Positions 13,446-26,577 of a stretch of DNA of 64,000 bases are shown one piece after another. This DNA is from Sphagnum compactum (lineage: Eukaryota): NCBI GenBank assembly GCA_965153455.1, contig OZ234493.1, positions 2,294,001-2,358,000 on the forward strand. The letters run 5' to 3'. The notes below the pieces were generated by a model. It had not been told where the DNA came from. It saw nothing but the letters and a program-made list of their open reading frames with translations, and searched no databases. The stretch's first letter is position 1. Every line of letters begins with the position of its first letter. Position numbers and translations under genes: made by a program.

Positions 13446-16400
13446 ATGCCGGAGCTCCAGAAAGCAGCGAGCTTATCGGGCGCCGCTAGCGGAATTGGCG
13501 AAAAAACCAGGGATCCGTCGTTGTTTCAGCCGTCGGCGTCGGAAGTGAATCTGTACCAGCTCCATGTGGAGGATTTGCTGTCTCTCAATCCGCATGCGGA
13601 AGAGGATCCAACTGTTACTGATCTCGACAACAAGCTTTTGCTGTATTATCTGTTTTCTTCTCTTCCTCTTTGCGACGTTTCCCCCCCCCCCAAACGCCTC
13701 TTCTATATCGATCTTTCCTACTTGCTTTGTATCTGTTTTTTCCCCCCCCTGTTTTTCCTTCCGCCTTTTCTGTCTTCTCGGATGCGTTACGGTCGTTCCT
13801 CCCCCGAATTTTCTTTCTCCAGTGCTCGAATTCATAAGTCAAGGATGCCGTAGACACGCTAAGGTGTCACAGAATCGGTCTTAGGTCTCACAATTGGAAC
13901 ATTTGTGTTTGTGTCTTTTTCGAGAAATTCGCATTTCCTCTTCCAATAAGTCCATCTTCACGTTTTGTCATGTAATCTCTGTGTCGTCAGTCCTTGTCAG
14001 TGATGCGGAGTTTGCATGTAGACGACGAAGACTCGTTTTATGGTTCCTTGGAATGTTTATGCTACTGCAATTCTGGTACGAGAGAAACTGAAGTAAGAAA
14101 TTCGTTCTGTGAACAGACGGGATCTCCTTGATATCTCGCCTGTATTGACTGAAGCGGCAAGCGCCATCATCGATGTAAGTCTGTTCTCCACTGAGAGTGA
14201 GTTCTGATGTCCTGTTTTTCTGCATACGCAAAATCGCGCCTGCTGTTGTTTTCAGTCCCTAAAATGAACCGCAACTTTCATTTGGGTCTCTATGTGCAAA
14301 CTCCAAGTTTTGATTTGTACACTAGCAAGGTGTGTTCAGAGGACTTTCAGGATTTTATGTGAATTGAGCGAGAAAATTATCTCTCTGCATATGCAAATTA
14401 TTCCTGTTGTTTTCAGTCCCTAAAAGGAACCACAACTTTCATGTGGTCTATGTGTAAAACTCCAAGTTTTGAATTGTACACTAGCAAGGTGTGTTACAGC
14501 AGCTGTCTTCAGAGGACTTTCAGAATTTTATGTGAATTTTAAAGGGAGAAAATGCTCTTTTGCATGATAACTAGACCAAATGAGCTTTCATCAGTTCTTG
14601 CAGTGTGTCTCAACTGTAGCAAGTTTGGCCATCTCATGCTGTGGTTGATTCACAGATTGGTTCAAAGCATTGTGAGTGATGAGAAAAAAAAATTGGGGGG
14701 CTTTGCGGGGGTACAGGATTCCTTTACCCGCTGTTTCAAGTCCAACACACCTGAACCATGGAACTGGAACTTGTACTTGGCTCCGCTTTGGTGCCTAGGT
14801 GTGATTGTTCGATACGGTATCCTATTCCCCATAAGGTCTTCATTCTTTCTCTTTGGTTTTTTTTCGTTTCAGGTTTGTGTTTTATGTTCTTTAAGTTTTC
14901 TTTCAGTGGCTTCTGTTGGAGCTGTGCTCTGGAATCTGCTCTATATTTCAATTGTCTTCATCCAGAATCAGTGCCATAATGTGTATATATGTCAGAGTGT
15001 TCTGTGTGGTTTTATCACCTTCTGAAGGAATTTCTTTTGAGGCACTGAATGCTGCCATGTGATGGGACTTTGACTAAACTACTGAAACCAGGGTGTGGAG
15101 GGAACAGGGTTGTGCTTCTTGCAGTGGGATGGATCATATTTATGGCACTTTTCTTCCCCATTCACATGGCTCTGAAAGGCCATGACGCACTTCGAAAGCA
15201 GCTGGAGGTAAAGTGAAGGGGTCGTATCTCCTTTCACCTTGCATTTGTCATTCAGTACTTTCTCTATGATCATGGATGGTGTGGTAAGTATGATGTTGGG
15301 TTTTGTGATAATCTGCGGCTTTCTTCTCCATGCTTTGTGGTTGATTTTTGGTCAATGTTGTGGATGTCTGCAGCGAGGCCTAGTGGAGTTCATGTGCAGT
15401 GTCTTTGTGGCATCATGGACAGGCGTTGTTAAGTACCATGGCCCCCGTCCAAGTAGGCGTGCCAAGCAGGTGCCCTTTTCCCCTTCTTCAGGATTCTGTC
15501 ACTGGTTCTGTCTGCAATTCTCAATAGGTAAAGTCTTCAAACAACATTGCCAAGGTCTTACGTTCTGCTAGTTTCACCAACTCTGCACCAAGGTCTGTGC
15601 AGGTGTTTGTGGCAAATCACACATCTATGATTGATTTCATTATTCTGGAGCAAATGACTGCTTTTGCAGTGATAATGCAGAAGCACCCTGGGTGGGTTGG
15701 TGAGCTCCTGTCTTTCTTTCATTTCAGTGTACACTAGATCAACCTCTTTCCTGACCACATGCTGATAATTTGTCACCAAAAACTTCTCTGTGGCTAAGAA
15801 GAAGAGGGATCTTTTTTATACAACCAGAATTGAAAGTATGTAGGCTTAATTTGAAACCAATGAATCATGGTGGTGGGACAGGTTTTCTTCAGACAAGTGT
15901 GCTTGAAAGCTTGGGTTGTATCTGGTTCAATCGACTGGAGTCAAAAGACCGTCTTGTTGTTGTACAAAAGTATGTTCATCGCAGCCCTGGATAGCTCTTT
16001 CTGTTACATTTCAGTCACATTATCTAGGTCTGTTCAAAGAGTGAGAAGTATAGATCCTCTGGGTTCTGTCTGGACATTACAGTAGCCATGATGTTCATCG
16101 TCTGAATCCTGACAAGGAAGGCTTTTGCAGAGCAACTCTGTGGCAAGGAACTTGAATCATTGGAGTTACTGTTGATAAATTGCTGTGGCATGTGTTGTTT
16201 ATGTACAGACTAAAGAAGCACGTGGAAGACCCAGATTCTAACCCTCTACTAGTGTTCCCTGAGGGTACTTGTGTCAACAATGAATACACAGTCATGTTTA
16301 AGAAGGTGGGTGAAGAGCAACTTTTTTGCTTGCAGTTGGTATATATGACAGTAGTACACCAGATTGCTTTGTGCAAGTCTGTCAAGAAGAGGACAGTGTT

Positions 16401-17387
16401 GCATTCTCTGATATCATGAGGGGTTTATGTGCAGGGGGCTTTTGAGCTTGACTGCACAGTGTGTCCAATTGCAATCAAGTACAACAAGATTTTTGTAGAT
16501 GCTTTTTGGAACAGCAAGAAGTATGCCTTTCTGCTTCTGCTTTTGTACTCTGCTTTCCCTCCCTCTAAAATGTTGAAATGGAATCATTTTAGAAACAATG
16601 TGTGGCACATATTGAACATTTTTGGGTGTGCTGCAGGCAATCATTCACCATGCATTTGATGCGCTTGATGACATCGTGGGCTGTTGTTTGCGATGTATGG
16701 TACCTGGAGCCTCAGACTCTGCATCCTGGTGAGACACACATTGAATTTGCTGAAAGGTGAGACTCATCCAACAAGTCTTTTCAGTTTCAAACTTTTCCCT
16801 CTTTCCAATCCATTTCCACAGTGCAGTTTTTGCTGTAGCAGGCTGCAGTCTCCCTTTACCCCATAGAGATAGCCTATGGAGTAAAGAGCCCTGACCTTTG
16901 TGTTCTTTCCTATAGTTTGTTATCTTTGCCAATTTTAGATCAATGACACTACTTGGTTCCTTTTCAATTTGACAGGGTGCGCGATTTAATTGCTAAGAGG
17001 GCAGGAATAAAGAAAGTCCCATGGGATGGATACCTTAAGTATTATCGACCAAGTCCCAAGCTCACAGAAAAGAAGTACACTCTTGCCCCCTATTTTATTG
17101 GATTGTATGCCCATGGTAGCCCTAAGGAGGAGGCACTAACCCAGTGACTCTTACTTCCATGAAGGAAAATAAAACTGGAGGGTCTCCTTTCTACCAACAT
17201 TGCAGTCTTTGAGCTCATCCTGTGGTTCATTTTCCACAGTCTTGAGAATATCAAAATTCTATGTACACACTTTTGATGTAAGGTAGGGGTGTGGTTCCTT
17301 ACTTGCAATTTCTTTTTTCCTTGCAGACAACAGAATTTTGCAGAGGCTGTGATTCGACGGTTGACAAACAATTCTCAAGATGAATAA
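13446..17387 (+). CDS. GPAT9: Glycerol-3-phosphate acyltransferase 9 (12 exons, 405 aa)
   Basis: Exons 13446-13642, 14117-14174, 14717-14835, 15108-15207, 15374-15469, 15603-15699, 15882-15969, 16209-16305, 16435-16520, 16637-16756, 16976-17074, 17327-17387; all GT-AG; 1218 nt in frame. Motifs RDLLDISP, DSFTRCFKSN.PEPWNWN, VANHTSMIDF (HX4D), FPEGTCVNN, VPWDGYLKY. Confidence 0.96.
14220..14560. repeat. ~165-bp tandem duplication in GPAT9 intron 2
   Basis: ctgttgttttcagtccctaaaa..gaacc..caactttcat..actccaagttttga..tgtacactagcaaggtgtgtt..cagaggactttcag..ttttatgtgaatt occurs twice. Confidence 0.9.
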
Positions 17388-18614
17388 AGATGGGGAAAAA
17401 TAACAGCTGTCTTGTTGGTGCTTGGCAACAGCATCAAAGGGAGATGGTTGAGTTTGACTGCCCATTCCTTTGTTGCAGGTAGGAATGACAAATAATGTGG
17501 GATAAATTACTATAATAATTGCAAGTGGGATGAAATTGCAAGTAATGAACCACTTCAATTATAATGCAGGTTGCCACTCAGGTGAGTTGTTACAGGTGCA
17601 TCATAGTTTTCCAGTTCTGGAGCTGGCAGGGAGCACTGAAGTTAGCAGGACAAGGAAGTTGAGTAACGGTATGTGTTGATTGACTTTTGGGTTGTGGAGC
17701 AGGCAGTTTAGTGTCCAGTAGTCTTTTGTAAAACTGCGCACAGAAATTATGTAGTCTCTTAACACTAAATAGTATTTGAGTTGATATGCTCCTAAACACC
17801 AAGTTGCTCTGGAGACTAGACTATAGTTAACTTGATTTGCACAAATTAAGGAGCCCAGATGAGCAGTGTAGTTGTATAGTGCTGGCTCACATCTCAAGGT
17901 TGTCAAACTGACATTGTAATGCAGACCGGTATCATCAGAACTGGATTAAAGGATCCACACTGCACAGCAGATGATCTGCACAAGGCTATGGTAGTACAGA
18001 AATTCATCAAGGTTCTACCACAAATTTCTGATCTCTGTTCTTGGGGAGCACAAATGCAAGAATTACTGGATATTATGATATTATGGCATAGTATTTTTCA
18101 CGAATTTACACAAATCAATTTCCAAAGGCAATCTTTGCTACCAATTTGTGGCTCACAAGAAGAATGTGTAGTTATGGGTCGGGGGTCGTAACTCATAACA
18201 AACAAATGACCAGAAGAAGTGGAAACCCAATCCTAAAAAAGAGAGAAAACAAGCCAAACTGAGAAGCAATTTGAAGAACAGTGCACAGACATGTCGGTTC
18301 AGAGAGCTTCAACCAGCAACATGTATAGTAGTGACCAGCTAATACAATAAAACCCTGACAAATGGAGAAGATCCATTGTGGGTCATCCCATTATTGCATA
18401 GAATAAGTCTGCAAAATCAGTACAGAATTCACAACCCTTTTTGCTTGCTAGGGCACAACTGATCAAGAGACTCAACTCAAAACTATTCTCGAAGTCCAGT
18501 CAATGTAGCAAGGAGGTCTTTGGGTACAGGATCAAACTACTGAATTAGCAGCTGTGGTTTCTCACTCCACACTATGGCCTGTGGGGGGGAACTGGATCTA
18601 ATAAAGATTCTTAC

Positions 18615-19799
18615 CTATTCAGCTTGTGCCAAAGATTGATCCTCCACTGGAGGATCTTCTGGTGTAGTTGGAGGGGACTCAACAGTTCTGGATGAGGTTT
18701 GAGAACCTGTCAATCGTGCAAGTGCCACAAAGGTTGTCCCGCCAAGCACATTGTTGAGGCCTCGAAGAAGAAAGACAGCTGATTTGAATGCTGTGGGATG
18801 CAACTGGGCTGCTAAAGAGAATTCGAGCCCATTTAGGGTCTGGTATCTTAAGTTGCTGCTGAATCCCATGTGCAGTGCCCAAGTAGCAGCATTCAGGACT
18901 GTGGGAGGTGATTTGTTTTGTATCACAAAATCAGGATCCAGTTTCTTCCTCAAAGACAGCAACACATTTGAGAGCGCTGTTCCCACAAGACCTGCAGCAA
19001 AACCAACAACTGCAAACTGCATTCCCTTGTAAACAAAAGTGCCTGTTCGGTCGAAAAAAGAGAATTTCCCCGCCTCAAACATGTGTCCAGCAGGACAGCT
19101 TGCAAAGATTCCAGGAAGAAGATGGGGGGCAGCACCAATACTAGTTAATCCTGCTGCTGTTGTCGGAGCTAGCATGTACATAAGAGTGAAGTTCAGGATT
19201 GATCCAACAACTATGGTCGAGAAGACAAAGTCAAGTTCATTCAGGCCGAAATTAGGTCTCGAGGCCATGTCTCCCAACACATTAGCTCCAACACCGATGA
19301 CCTCTTCCATCAACACCTTAAAAGCAAACTGCGGATCAGCTTGTACCCTTGCTTGCCAACCTCTTAAGAATGCACCCAACAGACCTCCAGCTGGTGATAC
19401 ACCACCACCTCCTCCGTTCTCTGATCTTCCCCAAGAATTGTTCCCATGAGATCCACTGCTGCCGCTACCACCACCGTCACCAGCACCACCATCTCCTGCC
19501 CCGCCTTTGGTGCCTGCTCCATTACCACCACCTTCTAGCACTAGGGCTTTCTCATAACCCATCTCAGCAGCTGAAGCTCGCAACCGTGTGATGTGTAGAG
19601 GTCTTGAAGAAGTAGCAATTAACTTGGGTGCATCATCAGATTTCCAAGGCTTGATGGAGGAGAGTGAGATAAGTTGAGACTTGGAAACAGATTCTGATTC
19701 AAACCTGGGTGCCGGCATAGGGAGAACTGTTGCCATAGATGATGATGATGATGACATTTGCATCATTGCTGATTGCTTTAACATGGCTAATGCTGCCAT
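18615..19799 (-). CDS. RETICULATA-RELATED (RER2/RER3-like, DUF3411) plastid envelope protein, 394 aa, intronless CDS
   Basis: Ser-rich transit-peptide-like N-terminus and Gly-rich linker, then GWQARVQADPQFAFKVLMEEVIGVGANVLGDMASRPNFGLNELDFVFSTIVVGSILNF...MGFSSNLRYQ, typical of DUF3411 RER2/3 proteins. Confidence 0.93.
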   Translation of the reverse strand: MAALAMLKQSAMMQMSSSSSSMATVLPMPAPRFESESVSKSQLISLSSIKPWKSDDAPKLIATSSRPLHITRLRASAAEMGYEKALVLEGGGNGAGTKGGAGDGGAGDGGGSGSSGSHGNNSWGRSENGGGGGVSPAGGLLGAFLRGWQARVQADPQFAFKVLMEEVIGVGANVLGDMASRPNFGLNELDFVFSTIVVGSILNFTLMYMLAPTTAAGLTSIGAAPHLLPGIFASCPAGHMFEAGKFSFFDRTGTFVYKGMQFAVVGFAAGLVGTALSNVLLSLRKKLDPDFVIQNKSPPTVLNAATWALHMGFSSNLRYQTLNGLEFSLAAQLHPTAFKSAVFLLRGLNNVLGGTTFVALARLTGSQTSSRTVESPPTTPEDPPVEDQSLAQAE

Positions 19800-19864
19800 G
19801 ACTCTTCACCCGAAGAAATTCTGAAGAAAAAACTTGAGATCGCCCCAAAAAATCTACAAAACCA

Positions 19865-20550
19865 TGGACAATCAAAGATTGATGTTGGAGTACAAACTCA
19901 TCAGATCTGCATCATCACAGTTCATGACAAGTACCTGGAGAACAACTCCTCCAAGAAAAAAAAACTTACACCCATGACAGACAACCAAAGATCCAAATCG
20001 CAGCAGAACTTGTCATCTGCTTCACCACAGAGGAAATTAGGATTTTCTCTTTGGGTACCTGAAAGAGCCCAAAGAGAAAACCTTGCCCCACAGGACAACC
20101 CAAGATTCAAATCAGAGAAAACTCATCATCTGCTTCATCAATCACATTGTGAAATACCTGGAGGGGAAAAAAAACCTTGGAGAGGATCTTGCTCCCCAGA
20201 ACAACAACCCAAGATTCAAATCAGAGCAACACTCATCACCTGCTTCACCACAGTGGGAGATACCTGAAGAGAACCCAGCTTGCTCCTCAGGACAACCCAA
20301 GATTCAAATCAGACAAAATTTCATTATCTGCGTCATTACAGTGGAAAATAGCTGAAGAATTTTTTTTCCTTAAAACCTTGAGAGAAAACTTGCTTCCCAG
20401 AACAACCCAAGATTCAAATCACAGTACAACAAGTCATCATCTGCTTGCTTCCTAACAGTGGAAAATACTCGGAGGAAAAAAAAACACCTAGAAGAAGAGA
20501 TGGGTTGGTCAGACACAAAACTCAAAGTCAGATCATCTACTTTCTTCATC
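19865..20550. repeat. Degenerate tandem array (~6 units, ~90-115 bp) directly upstream of the RER-like gene
   Basis: Core ACAACCCAAGATTCAAATCA..CATCTGCTTCA..ACAGTGG.AATACCTG recurs at about 19868, 19981, 20095, 20204, 20293 and 20402. Confidence 0.9.
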
Positions 20551-23500
20551 ACCATGGAAATCAATAATCTTGTGCATAAAATAATATTGACATCTTTTTA
20601 GTATTATTACTCACCAAAATAATTTTTGTAAGTCAACAATCTGAATAGAAATGAAACATCATCATCATCATTATTGATGACCTGATCAAAATCTTGTTGA
20701 CCTGATCAATTTCTTTTCGTGCAACAGAGATTTCAGATCAAGCAAGCAACTCAGCAATGAGAAAGGGAAAAAGGAAAAAAAGGAAAAAGAAGAAGAGATC
20801 CAACACTTAAAACACACACACACACACTCATAAGTTCAAAGGAAAATGAAGAATGGGTTTTGATCAAATAGCTACAGTCATGAACATTACATGACCTCAA
20901 ATTCCAAACTACCGGAACATCTTCCCCATTGACTCTACCAAATGTGAGACTTGGAGTCAATAGATACCCCATGCTCTTGGTAGGTATAGGACAAGGGTCT
21001 ATCTTTAGACCCTTAGAAGATTTGAGGCACACTTGTTAGGGACAAACTTTTTAGTTATAAGCAGTTGGCAACTAAAAATGTTTAGTCGTAAATGATTTGC
21101 AACAAAAAAAAATTTATCTCATATGTTTTGGCTTTCATTCTCATCTTGAAGAGTATATAAACAAGGTGTTTGGTTTTTATATTTTTGTATTTTAAAAGAT
21201 GGACGTATGGAATGGGCTAATAAAAATGACTTAACTTAAAATAAAATATAAATATTCATATATTTACACCTAACTACTTACTTCCTTAATTTACCTACTT
21301 ATTTTTTTATCTACCTATTTACTTAAGTAGGTGTTTGGCCTAGGTAGGTAAATAGGTCTTATCTAGATAGGTGTTTAGCCTAAATGGGTAGGTAGGTATA
21401 TAGGTAGGTTGGTACCTAGTTCAACCTACATACCTAAATATTGATTTAAATTTAATTTGAACAAATTCAATTAATATGTCACATGGCAAATTGTTATTGT
21501 ACTAGATGTCGCAATCTAAACCATCCAAACATAAAAATTAAATGCCTTAAATTATTTCAAAATAATAATAATAATTTTTAATTATTAAAATTTGACACAC
21601 GTGGGAACACACAATTTGTTCCCATTGTGCACCAAAAAAGTTGCAAACGATAATACGAATATGAATAGTTAAAGGATAAAAGCATATTTCGTTGATTTTT
21701 TTTCATCCAAAATTCGTTGTCAGTAAAATCCACTTAATTATCTTGCTGAAAAGTTTGGAGTAACTCACCAAGATTTGGATATCATAATTTCACAAAGTTG
21801 AAAAGAAAAACCGTGATAACAACCATTGAAATTTAAAGGGATTGTTTTAATTTGTAGGAAGAAAATTATGTTATTTAAGAAATAAAATGAAATTTTGTCC
21901 ATATTATTTATTAGCTTGCCCATAAGGAAGAGACTACGCATTTGTGCAAGATTTGTACTTGGGGATAAAAATCTTGTTCACTCATTGGCCAATGTGGAGA
22001 TGACAAGTGATCACAAAATGAAAATTTTCACATGGATGTAATTTTTCATATATGGGTGGATGTAACCATTAGTACATTAGGTTTTCAGGTAGTTGAACGT
22101 TGTAGGTTTTGATAGCCATCGTAGAAGTTGAAAGGATTTCTTCTTCAACTAAGTTATTTGTTATTGGAATTACAATTTTAGCTAGAATGGCGATTGTCAA
22201 TAACCATGCTAATGGTCTTCATAGCTTGCAAGATCTCAATGATGAGACTATGGATTTAGTAAGATCTTTTTTTCTCTGTTCTTTTATTTATGTTCTTTGT
22301 TGCAATGAATGATTTGGAGAAGACAAAAAGATAAACGCTTTGATAAGAAGATAACTTTGCTTTTAGTGTTTCTTCAAGACCAATAGTTGTGAAAGTTGAC
22401 CAATGTAGAAGGGAGAGAGAGAAGTCTAGAGGGGATAGAAATGTGAACTCATAACTGTAGAGGTAGGAAAGAATTTTTACAATTGAATGTTGCATGTGTC
22501 TATTGTGGCATTCTAGCAAACACCATTGATGTTCTGTTTGCATCATGAAGAATGAGACCACTTGTCAAGGCGTTGGGAAGTAGATTGAGGTACCCATCAA
22601 AGACCTCTTGCAAACTAGGTATTCTTGATACAACTAACTCTTTCTATAATCTATTATTGGGCAATTCAGCAAAGCAATGCTTGAATTTCATGCATGAAAA
22701 AGAAAGATCATGTAGATATACTATGATCAAAGCTCTATAACATCATTAAGTAAGGAAAAAAGAAAGACCCCTCTGGGAGCCCAAAGGATACTCTTAATAC
22801 AAAAAAAAGGCAGTGCTTGCATACAATTAATGAGCCATCACCAATGTACGACAATAAGTAAGTCTGTTTCTTGAAGCAATAATACTCAAGATAAGAATAG
22901 AAGATGTGAACAAATGGTTTTCCAACCTCATCAATTCACCTTTGAAGTAAACAACACTTTGGCAAGGTGGGAAGCTTTTCATACACTAAGTTGAACTTGT
23001 TTGCACATCAAGACAAGGATACGTAAGATTTACAAATGAACCGGTTAGTAAATCAAAGATATGGAGCTATGTGTTTTGTAAAGTGTTCACAATGAAGTGA
23101 TTGACTTGCTCTAACATTGATAGTAATGATGAAAAAATCTATGTGGCATAGATGGTGGGAATGGCACATATAGCAAGAAGTCTTACCTTTGCTTTGGTGT
23201 GTGCTCAACAGATTCAACCATCCTGAACTATGTGGAAGATGTTACGGTTTACAAGTAACACGTCAAAAACACATTTTAAAACTATAAGCTTGAATTCACC
23301 TTAGAATTCTAAACTTGAGTTTGAGCTCCATGCAAACTGGGAAACCCTACAATTATGAGCTTTGAAGTACTTGCAAAAAGTGGGATCCCTGAAACAACAC
23401 CGATTCATTTGTTAGGAAGCCTTAAACCTGCTTTTACAAGTTGTAGAATGGGGCTGCATTGATTTATTATGCTTGAATTGGGAACTTTTTGAATAACGAC

Positions 23501-23681
23501 TTTGACTTCAGGCTTGCATGAATTGGAGACTTTCTTGGCCCATCTACGTGTTGCTTCACTAAAACATTAGTCTTTCAAAATTAGGCAGATTCATTCTTGT
23601 CACTCATGCTTTCCTTTTCTGCCTTTTTTCAGTACATGGCATGAGCATATTAGGCTTCTCCACCGCATTTGCTTCACTTAT

Positions 23682-24790
23682 TCACTTAATTTTCTGGAGC
23701 AGTGCAACAACTTTTCTCTTTGCTCATTTGGTCCCATGCTCTATTAACTTTTGTAAAGACCTTATGATGCCTGCATCCAAAGTTTGCATTTTGAATTGCG
23801 AGTTCTAATGGGAGAGCTGCAATAATACTACTGCTACATGTTCCCGAATTGAGGCCCAGTCATTTAGCCTTTTGACAACAACATCATCATCCACTAAACA
23901 GAAACACCAACACTGCAAACTCTTAAGGGTAATTCTTTCTTTCCATATTGCTTCATAAGTACTACATTTGAATCTCTCTCCATAGCAACTTTCAGTTTAC
24001 GCTGAAAATTGTTCATTATGAGATTCAATTGTTGCAGATCCTAAGCATGAAATACTCATGCTTTCAATCAAAATTTGCTGATGCTTTTAGGGACAAAAGC
24101 AAACCCACAAACACAAGGTTGAGGTTTAAGGTACTGCCACATACCTTGGCCTAAAGGTGGAGGCAAGGACTTCAGGGCAAGAATGTTGACCAATTCCTTT
24201 ACACCATTAGCTTCACAGATGGCATTGTGACCTTCAGTAACAACAACCAACTTGGACAAGGTGAGGAGTGTTATTATTGTTAGGATCAAAGAATCTCCTT
24301 CAATAACACCCAATAAGATGGCTACTCCACTTGCTTGAATCAGCTTCGTCTTATTTATTTGCAAAGAAGACAAGTGGTTCAATGCCATGGTAACATCATG
24401 TTGTGCCTCCAAAGGTTCAGACTTTAACAAATCAACGAGAGGTGGAATGGCATGCAAAAACCTATATGTTCATTTGATTTCATCATTTATCACCAAGCTG
24501 AACAACACCCCTGCTACATGTACATGTGCGTTTTGTGCATTACTCTTAAAAAGTTCTACAATATGAGGAATTGTCCCAACACTAACAATCTTGACCTTGT
24601 TGTGATTTGGTACAGGCCAGTTCATGATTGTAGCAGTTACATTTCTGTTGGACATCATTGTTGCACTATTGTTGCTGATCAAGCTGATGCCTTCATCTTC
24701 CTTGGTTGGAAATTGGAATGCAAAGATCGTGTCCTCACGTGCTTGACTCTTAGATTCTTCCGAAGGCTTCAGGTCAGATCCTTGTGAAGC
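23682..24790 (-). pseudogene. Armadillo-repeat (plant U-box/PUB-type ARM region) pseudogene
   Basis: NKVKIVSVGTIPHIVELFKS..VAGVLFSL..NDEIK*..HAIPPLVDLLKS..ALNHLS..NKTKLIQASGV..GHNAICEANGVKELV, then after an intron-like gap IREHVAVVLLQLSH*..DAGII..LIEHGTK*AKRKVVALL. In-frame stops at 24470-24472, 23805-23807 and 23724-23726. No U-box recognised; 5' extent uncertain. Confidence 0.8.
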
Positions 24791-26501
24791 TCCCCAATAC
24801 CAAAAGAGAGGGTAGATATAAACACCCATCTTCTTTTTAGACCAAAAACAATAACAATTCTTATTGAAGCACAAGTGGGTGTGCTGTGAGAAGAAGTTTG
24901 GTTGTTGATAATGTGGATTTGGATGGGTCATTCATTACCGTGCAGGTGTTTTTGCAGAAGAAGTTTGCGACAATTGTGGATGTAAACTATACAGTGGAGA
25001 AGAACTTGATCTGTTTTGTGTTTAGTGGTGTGGAATTTGTGATTGAATACAACATGCGTGTGGAGTGTTAGATTAACATCTTGGTTGCGCTTTAGCAAAG
25101 ATAGCTTGGAGACTTGGACTCTAGTGGGAACTTGTGCGTTGATTCCCATCAGAGAGTTTTGTGCATCAACCATAGAAGGATGTCAGGGTGTGGTGCTTGT
25201 GGAAGGCATTCTTCGACCCCAAGTTGTGAAGGAGCTATGGGTGTATAATGACAGAAGGGAGCAATGTGTGGGGATTGAGATTCTCAAGCTCAAGGTGCTA
25301 GCAACAGGAAACATGGAATATGAACATGAATGGAAGAAACCTTTGTCACGATCTCTACAAAGCTCTTTTGGCTTTACTGTTGACAAAGCCCAAGATTTGT
25401 TAGGTGAGGAAAATTGGGAGGATGTGTTGAATCGATGTTTCGACATTCTTGAGGAGCTTGATGATGAATTGCAATTGGATGTTCCTGTTAGTGGGATGCC
25501 AAATGGTGGAACAAGACATCCTCTTTGAATACCTCGCATTTTTTCTTTTCTTGCACGTCCCTTAGGAAATGGCAGGTTGTTTCATTTGAACAAGGTTCTC
25601 CAATAGCATTGAAGAGATTCAGAACCTGCAACAAAAAAGCTCTTGTTGGGGCTCTCCAAGAACTTGGACATGGTGATTCCAATTCCCACCTCTGCTCGAA
25701 GATCACAGGATCCCTCGTCTTGTGTACTTGACAAGTGAGGGATCAGTGAAGGGTGCTGAGAGACTAGTGGTGCAATTTCAAAATAGATGCACCTCATGTG
25801 TGAGCACCATGATGAAATATTACAAGATTGACAACCAACTTGGGGAGCATCATGAGGTTTGATGACAAGAAGACACTGAAGAAGGTGTGACCACTTCTGG
25901 TATGGGGATTGTAGGTCATCTCCGCCATATTGATGAAGATTGGTGAGCAAGCAATTGGTGGATTCAACAACATGGTGTTAAGAGCTAGAGAGAGCCAGGC
26001 TGATGGGAATGATAAGCAAAAGAAAGAAGTAAAACCCTTTGTAGTACCAACATGAGGAGTCTTTCACATGCATGATGGTCGCTTTCGTGAAAATGGTGGA
26101 GCATCTCCTAAGTCCTTTGCCATCTTTTTATGCCTTTCTTGTTGAAGCACTTGTGCCCATTTTGTCATGGAGAACTATTGTTTCTCAATTTTAAGGTGTT
26201 TCCTTATTACATATAGATGATCTAAATCCCTTTTCAAGTATCTATGGACATCTCCCTACGTACTTGTACCCATTCACATTCATTGTACATGGCGAAGGAG
26301 AATATATATTCATATAGGTTGTTCTCAGACATGGATAGGGATTTGAATGGAACCCCTTTCTTTATTCCTACAACTACGAGAGGATGTTGCATTCGAAGGC
26401 TCTCTAATATGTTTTGGTTCGTTCTCCTTTGTTTATTTTTTAACGAAGATGCAAGGTAAGTATTTAAAGGAAATACTCGATTTCAATTATCAAGAGGTTC
26501 T

Positions 26502-26577
26502 AACTTTGCGAGACTATAACTTTTAGCTCGGACCTCCGATTGGGATGAGGTCTGAAGCAAAATTGTAGTTTTCGTTG
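26502..26577 (-). repeat. Short fragment related to the LTR-like element at 56583-57499
   Basis: The reverse complement caacgaaaactacaattttgcttcagacctcatcccaatcggagg aligns by eye with cgacgaaggctacaaattttctttagacttcatctcaattggaag at about 57011-57055. Confidence 0.65.

Noticed and set aside
19865-20550. Conserved 20-bp core with variable intervals as a CRISPR-like array or repeat protein
   Set aside because: The intervening sequences are homologous to each other and unit lengths do not keep a reading frame.
25043-25528. 161-aa plus-strand ORF
   Set aside because: No recognisable domain or ATG context; probably the antisense shadow of decayed minus-strand coding sequence.
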